Positions 24,972 through 33,237 of a DNA stretch of 39,027 nt are shown here, piece by piece; position 1 is the stretch's first letter, and each line of letters opens with the position of its first letter. The stretch spans positions 1 through 39,027 of the IMG/VR virus record IMGVR_UViG_3300012933_000205; one strand, given 5' to 3'. The position numbers and the translations under genes were made by a program. The notes under the pieces are model-generated. The model had not been told where the DNA came from and made no database searches. It saw only the letters and a program-made list of their open reading frames with translations. This stretch comes from a virus (Duplodnaviria; Caudoviricetes).

Positions 24972-25576
24972 CAGCTATTAGGGCTTGCGCCTTTACCAAA
25001 TGGATAACTGATAGATTCCAAATAAGGAACCCGAGCCATGCTGGTATCTCCATTGTTGAAGAACTGCCATGAATTGTCGTTGGTAAAACGTCCAGCCGTT
25101 CTGTTTTGTAAGATTAGCTGAATTGACGATGCGCTGACCGTAATCACACCAAGGTAAGTCTTGTGGTCTTCATCCCATGTTTCGCCAATATGAAAGCTAG
25201 TCACATTGCCCGTGAAGAACTTGTATAAGCCTCCAGTACCGCCAGATGTCAAAAGCTCATTGTCTGTATTGAAAAACCCATGCCACATCTCGATTTTAGA
25301 GCCTTTGATGTTTTGACCCAAAACCCAACCCAAAAGAGCTGTATCAATGCCAATCAAGGTCACTGTGGTTTCGTTTGCTGTACTTTTGATGTCTCGGGTG
25401 GCATCACCAATGCTCACAAGCTGACTGAGGCCATCAAAAGGCTGAGAGTCAACAGCAGATACCGTAATAGCAAAAGGAGCCGTAGAAAACAGATATACGT
25501 CAGATGCCGTTGTCACACGAACAAACTCAGCATGGCGTATGTTTGTTGTTCCATCAACAGGAGCAATTACGTTCAT
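24971..25576 (-). CDS. Tail hub/minor tail protein
   Basis: Position between distal tail and tip genes, 201 aa, beta-rich. Confidence 0.65.
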   Translation of the reverse strand: MNVIAPVDGTTNIRHAEFVRVTTASDVYLFSTAPFAITVSAVDSQPFDGLSQLVSIGDATRDIKSTANETTVTLIGIDTALLGWVLGQNIKGSKIEMWHGFFNTDNELLTSGGTGGLYKFFTGNVTSFHIGETWDEDHKTYLGVITVSASSIQLILQNRTAGRFTNDNSWQFFNNGDTSMARVPYLESISYPFGKGASPNS

Positions 25577-26253
25577 AGTACGGACTCCATTGCCTTAAAG
25601 ATTCCTGACCATTGAATAAATGAATCATTGGTTATTGGAATCAAAGTATATGTAGGATATTCCCTCAAAATGACAGGGAAAGTCACGCCAGTGTATGAAA
25701 TTCCACCAAGACTTGTTGTGTTACCAAACTCTCCAATCACAGCAGCCGTAGCCACCGTAACAGGTGTAATTAATGAACGATGAACTGGAATGTTGACAGT
25801 CGTTCCAGAGCCGCGCAAAACATCAGTCGTAGCAATGTAAGAGTAGCGCCCAACTTGACAAAAATCACCAGCTTTAACAATGTATTTTGTCGCGGAAATT
25901 GACGGAAGACTGCCAAGCACCAAAACTTTATTGGCGCTAGATGTTTGCCATTGGCATGAGCCAATTTGAGCAGAGGTCATGTCGCCTTGATATTGGATGT
26001 AATTAACCCATCCAGTAGATGAGAAATTTAAAAACTGCTCTAAAGATTTGTCAGGAATACGCAAGCTACTTAGCAATGCCCTATTTTGCGTATAGAGCAA
26101 ATAGTTCATTGGACGAAGTTCAAAGATAAACGGAACAACAGTCAAAACTTCCGAAGTCGTAATTCTTTGATTTCGACTGATTGATTGACCAATGAATCGC
26201 TGGTCATTGATACCAACAGATTCGCTAATTGCAAGGATGTCTGTAAGACCCAT
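25573..26253 (-). CDS. Distal tail protein (putative)
   Basis: Directly after tape measure, KAGDF.Q.G motif, GAGG RBS before MGLTDI. Confidence 0.65.
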   Translation of the reverse strand: MGLTDILAISESVGINDQRFIGQSISRNQRITTSEVLTVVPFIFELRPMNYLLYTQNRALLSSLRIPDKSLEQFLNFSSTGWVNYIQYQGDMTSAQIGSCQWQTSSANKVLVLGSLPSISATKYIVKAGDFCQVGRYSYIATTDVLRGSGTTVNIPVHRSLITPVTVATAAVIGEFGNTTSLGGISYTGVTFPVILREYPTYTLIPITNDSFIQWSGIFKAMESVL

Positions 26254-26255
26254 GA

Positions 26256-28631
26256 TTACCTCGAAGATGGAACAGAACGGCTTGCGCTCTGGTTGGCCGA
26301 CCACACGGCTATCTTGTTCTTAGCTAAGAACTGAGTTGCAGATTGCGTATCAATTGCGCTCATGCTTGCAATGTATGGGCCGTTGTAAACAACCTGAGGT
26401 TGATTATTTGCCATTGCCCCAACCATTTTGTTCGGCATGATTGTTCCAGCGCCCTGTGGAATGAACAGCTCTGGCCCCTTCTCGCCAACATAAAATGGTT
26501 GACCAGCTTGGGCATCAGAACCGTTTGCTGCAAATGTTGGAGCAGAAGCCATCGCTGGCCCACCAAAATCACCAACAGGCGCACCACCTCCAGAGGTAGC
26601 AAAAATATTACCAAGAGCAGAAGTCATTTTCATCGCCATCGCGCGAATTTGAATGTTAATAAGCTCGTTGATAATTCCAGCGGCAAAATCTTTAAATGAC
26701 AACTTTCCTGTGCGAACAAAGTTTTGCAAGGCTGTTGTCATGTTGTTAAAAACAGCGGCGTTCACCTCTTGCAATTGCTTAAGTGTTTCTTGTTGCTTAA
26801 TCAGAGCTTCACGCTCCTCGCCAAGCAAACGGATTCGTTCCGCAGCCTGAACTCTATCTGAGTCCTTCATATTTTCTTGCCTGCCCAAAGCAACTAATTC
26901 TTGTTGCGTCTTCAAACGAGACAAAGCAATATCCAAGTCTTGTTGACTTATCAGAAAGTTTTGCTTATAGATGTCAATTCGTTCACGCTCTTTTTCAATA
27001 GAGTCTTGTTCAGTTTTTGCCAAATCACGGAACTTGTTGCGAGACTCTTTGTAGAGGTCTTCTTTTTCTCGATTTGCCTTGGCTTCAATTTGCTTAATAC
27101 GAGCAGTCAACTCGTCGGCATTTGCGGTTGCCATAGCAAAACGCTCATCAGCATTACGCTTTGCAATTTCATTTTTGGCAATCTCAATATCGCGAGCTTT
27201 TGCCAAATCAATTTGAGCAATCTTTTCAAGACCAGCCGCCTTTGTCTCATACTCCATCTGAGCAATGATTTCAGCCGTTTTCTGAGCAATTGAAAATGCT
27301 TTTGATGCGCCACCAGCACCGCTGTAAGCATCAATTTTTTCTTTGTTCTTTTCTGCCGCCTTTGAGTCAGCTTCGACTTTTGCTATGTCGGCAGAAAGCT
27401 CTGCTTTGATGCGGTCACGCTTTGCTTTCAAGGCATCATACTCGGACGTTTTGCCGCTGCGATAGGCAACGCCTTGCATTGTCCTTTCCATTTGGTCTTC
27501 AAGGTCTTTGATGGCCTTTGTTGGGTCATCGCGGCCAATGCTTTTCAGCCAATCCCAAAAGCCGCTTGCAGCATTCTTTAGGTTCTTCCAAAGGGTTTCT
27601 AGGTAGCCCAACTTTTTGGCCTGAGAGTCGAGCTTTTCCAATAAGGCATCAGATGTGACCTTGATGGCCTCTTGCGCTTGACCTTGACGATTTAACGCTT
27701 CAATCTGTTTGTATTGAGCAAGAGTCAAAAAGTGATATTGGTCATTCAACTTCTTGGCAGATGAAGCAGACCCATCCAAAGACGGAATGAGTCCTTTTGC
27801 CACATCAGCAGCAGCCTCACCAGAAAGTGACGCGACTTTGGTGATGAGAGAGCCAACAGACGACAGGGTTTTCTCGGTGAATTGACCAGAGGCAACCAAC
27901 GTCTGCATGATTTCTCTTGAATCGCCAATTGCAGAGTTGTATTTGCCGCTAATCGCTATTGCCAATGAATTGAACTTGTCAATTGCAATGCCAGCAAAGT
28001 TACCAGTCAAAATCATTGAGTTGCGGAACTTATTGGATTCTTCCTCGCCCTTTACAAATGCAAGGCCAAGAACACCCATAGAAGCAGCAAGACCTGTAAA
28101 CGCAACCATTGCAGGCGTTACGGCAGATGCAACGCCTTGGAACAGGGGCTTAAACCCGCCAAATTGGTCGCGCAATTGACCGCCTTGTTGCAGCAAAACC
28201 ATCATTGGGTTTTGACCGCCAGCCAAGCTGGTAATAATGTCAGTTGTTTGGTAGCCTAAAGCGGCTTGCTGTTGAGCGGTCATTCCACCCTTACCCATCT
28301 TGGCCTGCTCTGCGGCCTTGGCTGCGGCGGCTACCTTATCATAGGCTGCGGCTTGAGCTTTCAAGCCATTAATGATGGTATCTGGTTGGTGTTTGTACTT
28401 GCCAAGACGAATCTGCTCCTCAATCTTTTCGACTTCTGTGAGCGTTTTGCCATAGTTACGGGTCGCCATTTCAAGGCGCACAATTTCTTTAGCCGCATCT
28501 TCACTATCACGCTTGATTTGAGCCTTGAATTTGCCAAACTTTTGTTGGGCCTCGGTAATCTTGGTGACAAGTTCACTAGAGTCCAAGCCAAGGACAATAC
28601 CAAGTCGGGCAATGTTTTGTGATGCGGCCAT
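26256..28631 (-). CDS. Tail tape measure protein
   Basis: Q.TDI.TSLAGGQNP..VLLQQGGQLRD.FGG, Ala/Lys helical body, VGEKGPELF.P. Confidence 0.93.
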   Translation of the reverse strand: MAASQNIARLGIVLGLDSSELVTKITEAQQKFGKFKAQIKRDSEDAAKEIVRLEMATRNYGKTLTEVEKIEEQIRLGKYKHQPDTIINGLKAQAAAYDKVAAAAKAAEQAKMGKGGMTAQQQAALGYQTTDIITSLAGGQNPMMVLLQQGGQLRDQFGGFKPLFQGVASAVTPAMVAFTGLAASMGVLGLAFVKGEEESNKFRNSMILTGNFAGIAIDKFNSLAIAISGKYNSAIGDSREIMQTLVASGQFTEKTLSSVGSLITKVASLSGEAAADVAKGLIPSLDGSASSAKKLNDQYHFLTLAQYKQIEALNRQGQAQEAIKVTSDALLEKLDSQAKKLGYLETLWKNLKNAASGFWDWLKSIGRDDPTKAIKDLEDQMERTMQGVAYRSGKTSEYDALKAKRDRIKAELSADIAKVEADSKAAEKNKEKIDAYSGAGGASKAFSIAQKTAEIIAQMEYETKAAGLEKIAQIDLAKARDIEIAKNEIAKRNADERFAMATANADELTARIKQIEAKANREKEDLYKESRNKFRDLAKTEQDSIEKERERIDIYKQNFLISQQDLDIALSRLKTQQELVALGRQENMKDSDRVQAAERIRLLGEEREALIKQQETLKQLQEVNAAVFNNMTTALQNFVRTGKLSFKDFAAGIINELINIQIRAMAMKMTSALGNIFATSGGGAPVGDFGGPAMASAPTFAANGSDAQAGQPFYVGEKGPELFIPQGAGTIMPNKMVGAMANNQPQVVYNGPYIASMSAIDTQSATQFLAKNKIAVWSANQSASRSVPSSR

Positions 28632-28632
28632 G

Positions 28633-29100
28633 TTAAATCTTCCGTTTGGCTAGTTTCTTTGCGTAAGCAGGGATGCTCACAGCCAGCTCAGATTTTAGTA
28701 TGTTGATGATATTGTCGCGATTACTTTCTAGCGAAACTCGCAAGAAAGGATGCTGCGGCGTTCTTGCGTTGCCAAACTCTTGAGATAGTGATACAGCACT
28801 CTTTTTCACAGAAACAACACCGATTACCGCATCCGTCTGAGAAACAAACTCAGATTTCCTATCTGACGATGTTGGGATTCTTGCGTCCAGTCTGGCCGTA
28901 TCTCTCAAATGAATTGGGCCATCATTCTTGTCGTCATACGGCGCTTTGGCTATGACACTTGCAAGAACAGGCTCCAAGGCGGCTCTGACGGCTTTATTGA
29001 CGGTATTGCGCATCACCAAGTCGCCACGAAAACCTTGCGCCATTTCAAGGAGCTGTTGCTCAAGCTCCTCAAAGCCTTCCTCTTTAAATATTTGCACCAT
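28633..29100 (-). CDS. HK97 gp10-like tail completion protein
   Basis: GFEEL...L...AP...G..HLRD...QEFG.....HPFLR. Confidence 0.8.
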   Translation of the reverse strand: MVQIFKEEGFEELEQQLLEMAQGFRGDLVMRNTVNKAVRAALEPVLASVIAKAPYDDKNDGPIHLRDTARLDARIPTSSDRKSEFVSQTDAVIGVVSVKKSAVSLSQEFGNARTPQHPFLRVSLESNRDNIINILKSELAVSIPAYAKKLAKRKI

Positions 29101-29455
29101 TGACGGCCTTTCTCAAGCTATCAGGCGATTTTGGCGAAGATGCCATAAACGCCATGAGACTTTTATTAGCCTGCTCTCTTTGCTCCTCATCACTCAACGG
29201 AGGGATGATGTAATCATGCACCGATGGAAGCACATGGTTCATTGTGAAAGGAGGCGAATTCGGCTTGAGCTTTGAATTGAGGTTGCCAGTGGTAAGCATA
29301 CTCAAGGCCAAAAGAGTAGCCTTGTTTCCTATGATTCCGTCACTGAACATAATCTCAATGTTCTGCATCTCATTTGCTGGTATGTTGTCGGGACAACCAC
29401 CATGCGCCCAAACATACGCTCGGGCTTGCTGACGGTTATCCCTTAGGAGTTTTTT
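29084..29455 (-). CDS. Tail assembly chaperone, frameshift extension (gpT-like)
   Basis: -1 frame is open from slippery site AAAAAAC (29449-29455) through the 29084-29368 ORF. Confidence 0.75.
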   Translation of the reverse strand, partial: KKLLRDNRQQARAYVWAHGGCPDNIPANEMQNIEIMFSDGIIGNKATLLALSMLTTGNLNSKLKPNSPPFTMNHVLPSVHDYIIPPLSDEEQREQANKSLMAFMASSPKSPDSLRKAVNGANI

Positions 29456-29913
29456 CGAGTGTCCTTGTAACCCGGCTGGATTGCCTCGTTAATTCGCTCA
29501 ACAATCTCCATTTGCACAGCAAGAGGCCATTCTTCCTCAATTTCTGCGTATGTGATGTCGTCCAGCGTACCGTTCACAGGAACCAACAATCGGATGTACT
29601 CAACCACTCGGCTTTCCATCATTAGAACAGCATTCGCTAATTCACGGGTGGATTTTCCGTCGATGACAACATCGTTTTCTGTGATTTCAACACCAACGGG
29701 AGGAGCTTCGCGAAGCTCTTTTGTCATGCCCTCAAATTTGGCTTGCAACTTGTCTTCATCGACTTTTGCAATGCGCTCTTGAAGGGCGCTCATTTCAGCA
29801 GTCAAAGGAATACGAACTTTAAATTCGTGACCGCCAATGCTGAACGTCTTTGTTCGGATTTGCGCGACCGCGCTTTCGTACTTCTTGCCGAAGGCAGAGG
29901 ATAACTTGCTCAT
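29443..29913 (-). CDS. Tail assembly chaperone (gpG-like)
   Basis: Position between tail tube and tape measure, ends CGA AAA AAC TCC TAA. Confidence 0.8.
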   Translation of the reverse strand: MSKLSSAFGKKYESAVAQIRTKTFSIGGHEFKVRIPLTAEMSALQERIAKVDEDKLQAKFEGMTKELREAPPVGVEITENDVVIDGKSTRELANAVLMMESRVVEYIRLLVPVNGTLDDITYAEIEEEWPLAVQMEIVERINEAIQPGYKDTRKNS

Positions 29914-29921
29914 ACAGAGTC

Positions 29922-30149
29922 CTATCGTGTAGTTTTGATAATCTTGTGGTAAATGACTTCGTTCAGTTCAAGTGCGTATGCGGCCACTTGTTCTGGTGTC
30001 ATTTTGTCGGCGTGATGACGAGCGATGTCATGTGCCAAAGCGACCGCTGTGATGCGTTGCTGAACGAACCCAAACCAGTCCTTGCGAGACTCGGCTTGGG
30101 TTACTAGGAAGTTCAGGAGGTCACTATTGTCTTTTACTGTAACTGTCAT
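29922..30149 (-). CDS. Hypothetical protein between tail tube and chaperone
   Basis: 75 aa ORF filling the gap. Confidence 0.7.
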   Translation of the reverse strand: MTVTVKDNSDLLNFLVTQAESRKDWFGFVQQRITAVALAHDIARHHADKMTPEQVAAYALELNEVIYHKIIKTTR

Positions 30150-30160
30150 GTGGTGTCGTA

Positions 30161-30685
30161 TTAAGTGTTGTTAGACCAACCGTAGCTATTGCCGCCAACA
30201 GGGTGGATTGTGAAGTTGAACTTGCCTTCGGCAGATGGAGACATATCCCAAGACATACCGCCAATCATGCCGTTGAAGGCGTAAGCAACAGTGTCAGTGC
30301 CGTCATATACAGCAACAACGTAAGTGCGAACGATTGTGCCGTTGTAGCCGTCATCACGAATCAACAACTGAGCAGTGTCAGCAGGGTTCCATGCAGAGGT
30401 AACAGCCAAAGATGTCACTTGGTTTTGAGTGGTGATTTTTGCACCAGTACGAGCGCCAGCCACAGAGTAAGCTGCAACAGCATCGTCAGCACCGAATGCA
30501 GGCACAGCTTCCACTGGAATTTGAATGCCAGCAGTACCAGTACCACCAGCGGTAGTGCCAACGATGGTAGCGACTTGAGCAGTCCAAGTGTTCAACTGAC
30601 TATCAGTCAGAGGAGTTGGAGTTGCGTCATCTTGACACCAGAGGGTTGCAACGTAGCCGGGTAAGACTTTATTGATGAGAGCCAT
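30161..30685 (-). CDS. Major tail tube protein
   Basis: AAGGA RBS before MALINK, position, AFNG.I....W......E...NFTI. Confidence 0.75.
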   Translation of the reverse strand: MALINKVLPGYVATLWCQDDATPTPLTDSQLNTWTAQVATIVGTTAGGTGTAGIQIPVEAVPAFGADDAVAAYSVAGARTGAKITTQNQVTSLAVTSAWNPADTAQLLIRDDGYNGTIVRTYVVAVYDGTDTVAYAFNGMIGGMSWDMSPSAEGKFNFTIHPVGGNSYGWSNNT

Positions 30686-30720
30686 TTTGATTTCCTTTGA
30701 AAAGAGTTGATGTAACTGTC

Positions 30721-31140
30721 TTATGCTGGAACATCTATTGTGCAATCCAAGAAGACTTGCGCCAAATTCTGCTCGTTGTCATAGCTGTTGTATAGCCAAA
30801 CCACATCGGCCTTCGCAATGAAGAACCCATCGGTAGGACTACCAAATTGACCACTATAACCGTGTAGGGATTGTAGTACCTGATTGGAAATAGTGAAACC
30901 GTCTTCAATCTTCTGAGTGAAGATGGAGATTTGGAACACGGGGCGGTCGATGCCTTTGTTGCCCTGTGTTTGACCTGTGTAAACAGGTTGGTGGACGTTA
31001 CGCAATTGCCATGTGAGGAACTTCGGCTCTCTCGCAAAATTGCGGTTGAACGAAGCGTACACAGGGACGGGCGTGACAATGTTTGCCAATTGATATTGGA
31101 TTGCCTTGCCGTACAGAACTGGATTGAGCTGAGTCGTCAT
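30721..31140 (-). CDS. Tail terminator / completion protein (DUF3168-like)
   Basis: Position and FQISIF...LHGYSG motif. Confidence 0.7.
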   Translation of the reverse strand: MTTQLNPVLYGKAIQYQLANIVTPVPVYASFNRNFAREPKFLTWQLRNVHQPVYTGQTQGNKGIDRPVFQISIFTQKIEDGFTISNQVLQSLHGYSGQFGSPTDGFFIAKADVVWLYNSYDNEQNLAQVFLDCTIDVPA

Positions 31141-31481
31141 ACTGAGGTCACAGGGTCATTGCGGTAACACAGGAACATGACGGTCATGCGGTCGTTCGCC
31201 TCGCGCACATCCGTAATACGCCAATCTTGACCACGCCAAGTGATTGAATATTGGTCTTGACCATCCACGATTTGCTTCATATTCGGCGTGTAGTTCAGAG
31301 TGAACTGAGTCAGCTCTTGGTACAGACGATATTTGTCAGCAATCTTTAAGCTGTTGGCAACGTCAGACACACGGGCGCGAGTATCAAACCACTTGGTCTG
31401 AGTCGTCGCGCCTTCACCAAACGAACTCTCAGAGAAAGTCAGATTGTTGATTGCAATGTTCTCAAAACGTGCAATTGCCAT
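31137..31481 (-). CDS. Head closure / head-tail joining protein
   Basis: FGE......WF...A.V, I.WRG..W.I.DV. Confidence 0.8.
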   Translation of the reverse strand: MAIARFENIAINNLTFSESSFGEGATTQTKWFDTRARVSDVANSLKIADKYRLYQELTQFTLNYTPNMKQIVDGQDQYSITWRGQDWRITDVREANDRMTVMFLCYRNDPVTSV

Positions 31482-32153
31482 TTACATCACCAATGGTTTG
31501 TAAGGACGCAGCAAGCATTGAACTCCCCAAGGGATGTTGTGCTGAATTGGGCCTGTGGTGTCGCTACGATTGTTGTAGAGGTGAGTCAACAACAGCAAAC
31601 CAGCCTGCTTAATTACGGGGTAAGCCGCCAAGGGGTTTGCCGCTGTTGTGTACTCGCAAATCACAGGCGATGTCATCGAACTGTTTAGGTTCGTCGGCAG
31701 ACTCGCCACAACAACTTTGTTGCCAGATGGGTCGTAGTAATACTCGCCGACATCAACCGTGATTAACTCAGGCGGGTTGTTGTCGTTCCAATATTTGACC
31801 GCATTGATGGTCACACCAGAAAGCGATGGTGTCGCATTCTGGCTAACCTCTGGCAAGTCCAATGTCAATGGGGTTCCATTGAGACTGGCTGCGTTATACC
31901 AAACGCGATATGACGTTGGGAAGATGGACATACCAAGGAAATCCTCGATGGTCATGCGAACAGCCACTTCTAGGCCAGTCAAATAACCATCTTGGCTTTC
32001 ATCATCAAACAGGTTTAACTGATTGGTGACTTCATCCATTGTCAACCAAGGGGTAGCAATGTCACGACTGATTTGCTCTGTCTTTGCGTAGTTAAACGGA
32101 TTGCGGGTTCCCCCGCCGTAGTTCAAGTAACCGAGTTGTGAATCAGCCGCCAT
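31482..32153 (-). CDS. Head-tail connector (HK97 gp6-like)
   Basis: LT.DEV..QL...D.YL..L, IKQA.LLLL.HLY.NR, LLRPYK. Confidence 0.85.
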   Translation of the reverse strand: MAADSQLGYLNYGGGTRNPFNYAKTEQISRDIATPWLTMDEVTNQLNLFDDESQDGYLTGLEVAVRMTIEDFLGMSIFPTSYRVWYNAASLNGTPLTLDLPEVSQNATPSLSGVTINAVKYWNDNNPPELITVDVGEYYYDPSGNKVVVASLPTNLNSSMTSPVICEYTTAANPLAAYPVIKQAGLLLLTHLYNNRSDTTGPIQHNIPWGVQCLLRPYKPLVM

Positions 32154-32163
32154 TTTTCACCTC

Positions 32164-33180
32164 TTATGCTGCGCTAACACGAACACCCGCGAACGGGTCA
32201 CGCACAGAGCTTACCAGACGTTTTTCGGCGTACAGCGTGATGAAGCCGGGCTGTGTCTGCTCATACATCTGAACATTCATTTGCTCGGTATCGCCGATTG
32301 TCAAAAAGCGATTCCAGTTTGCCAAATAGACAGGGAAATCGGTAGACAAGTATGGGTTTGGAATGACAGGCCAACCGAACACGCGACCAACAGCCGCGCC
32401 ATCAGCATCGCCAATTTCCAAGAACAGAGGCATACCAGAAGTGTCTTTCAACTCACGCAGAGCCAAAATCATTGCTGGACTCATTTGCCAAGCTGTACCT
32501 TCCAGTGACCAATACTGAGCAGGCAGAGCGTTTGCAGTGTCCACAATCTTGTTGTAGGTCACAGCAGTGCCACCCAAAGACACAGTAGCAATGTCGTGCA
32601 AGCCATCGGTCATTGCAGTGCCGCTTGAGCCGTAGGCGCTCACGGAGCCAGAAGGGTAGCTATCCAAACCGCGCAGACCGTATTCAGCGCCAGTAGCATC
32701 GGTTGTGGAGCCAGATTGGTCGTCGTTCAAGACCATTGATTGACCTTCCAATTGAGCGAACTCAAGTGCCAAGTCTTCAACCAATGTAGCGTCCAGAGCG
32801 TTCACATCGGACAACACGGCAGTACGGATTGGAAGCTGTGCAACCAACACTCGCACTGGCAATTGCCAAATGGATGTATCAACATCAGGCGAGCCTGAGT
32901 TGGGAGTAAATTCGTAACCCCAAGGATTTGTAGAGTTTGCGGCGTTACCAGTCTTGGCAACGAATTGAGCATCAGAGCCGTTCACGGCAATTTGGCGCGA
33001 GCCTTGACGCAGTGGGTTTGCTTGACGCAGGGCGGCAAACGCATCGTCGAATACAACATTACCACCAACGCCCGAACCAGAACCAGTGATTGCAGAGGCT
33101 TCTTTCAGGTCAATGGTGACTTTGCCACCTTCGGTAATGGCTTGCTTAATGCCGTTCAGGATTTTTTCGGTGATAGTCAT
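32164..33180 (-). CDS. Second HK97-fold capsid protein (paralog, 338 aa, short N-terminus)
   Basis: Colinear motifs with 33238-34581. Start MTITEK preceded by GGA. Confidence 0.88.
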   Translation of the reverse strand: MTITEKILNGIKQAITEGGKVTIDLKEASAITGSGSGVGGNVVFDDAFAALRQANPLRQGSRQIAVNGSDAQFVAKTGNAANSTNPWGYEFTPNSGSPDVDTSIWQLPVRVLVAQLPIRTAVLSDVNALDATLVEDLALEFAQLEGQSMVLNDDQSGSTTDATGAEYGLRGLDSYPSGSVSAYGSSGTAMTDGLHDIATVSLGGTAVTYNKIVDTANALPAQYWSLEGTAWQMSPAMILALRELKDTSGMPLFLEIGDADGAAVGRVFGWPVIPNPYLSTDFPVYLANWNRFLTIGDTEQMNVQMYEQTQPGFITLYAEKRLVSSVRDPFAGVRVSAA

Positions 33181-33199
33181 AGTTATTCCAATGAGAGTT

Positions 33200-33226
33200 A
33201 AAAAGATGGGAGCCGAAGCCCCCATC
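33200..33226 (-). terminator. Intrinsic terminator between the two capsid genes
   Basis: GATGGGGGC-TTCG-GCTCCCATC-TTTTT (cUUCGg tetraloop). Confidence 0.85.
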
Positions 33227-33237
33227 CAAGGCAACTA

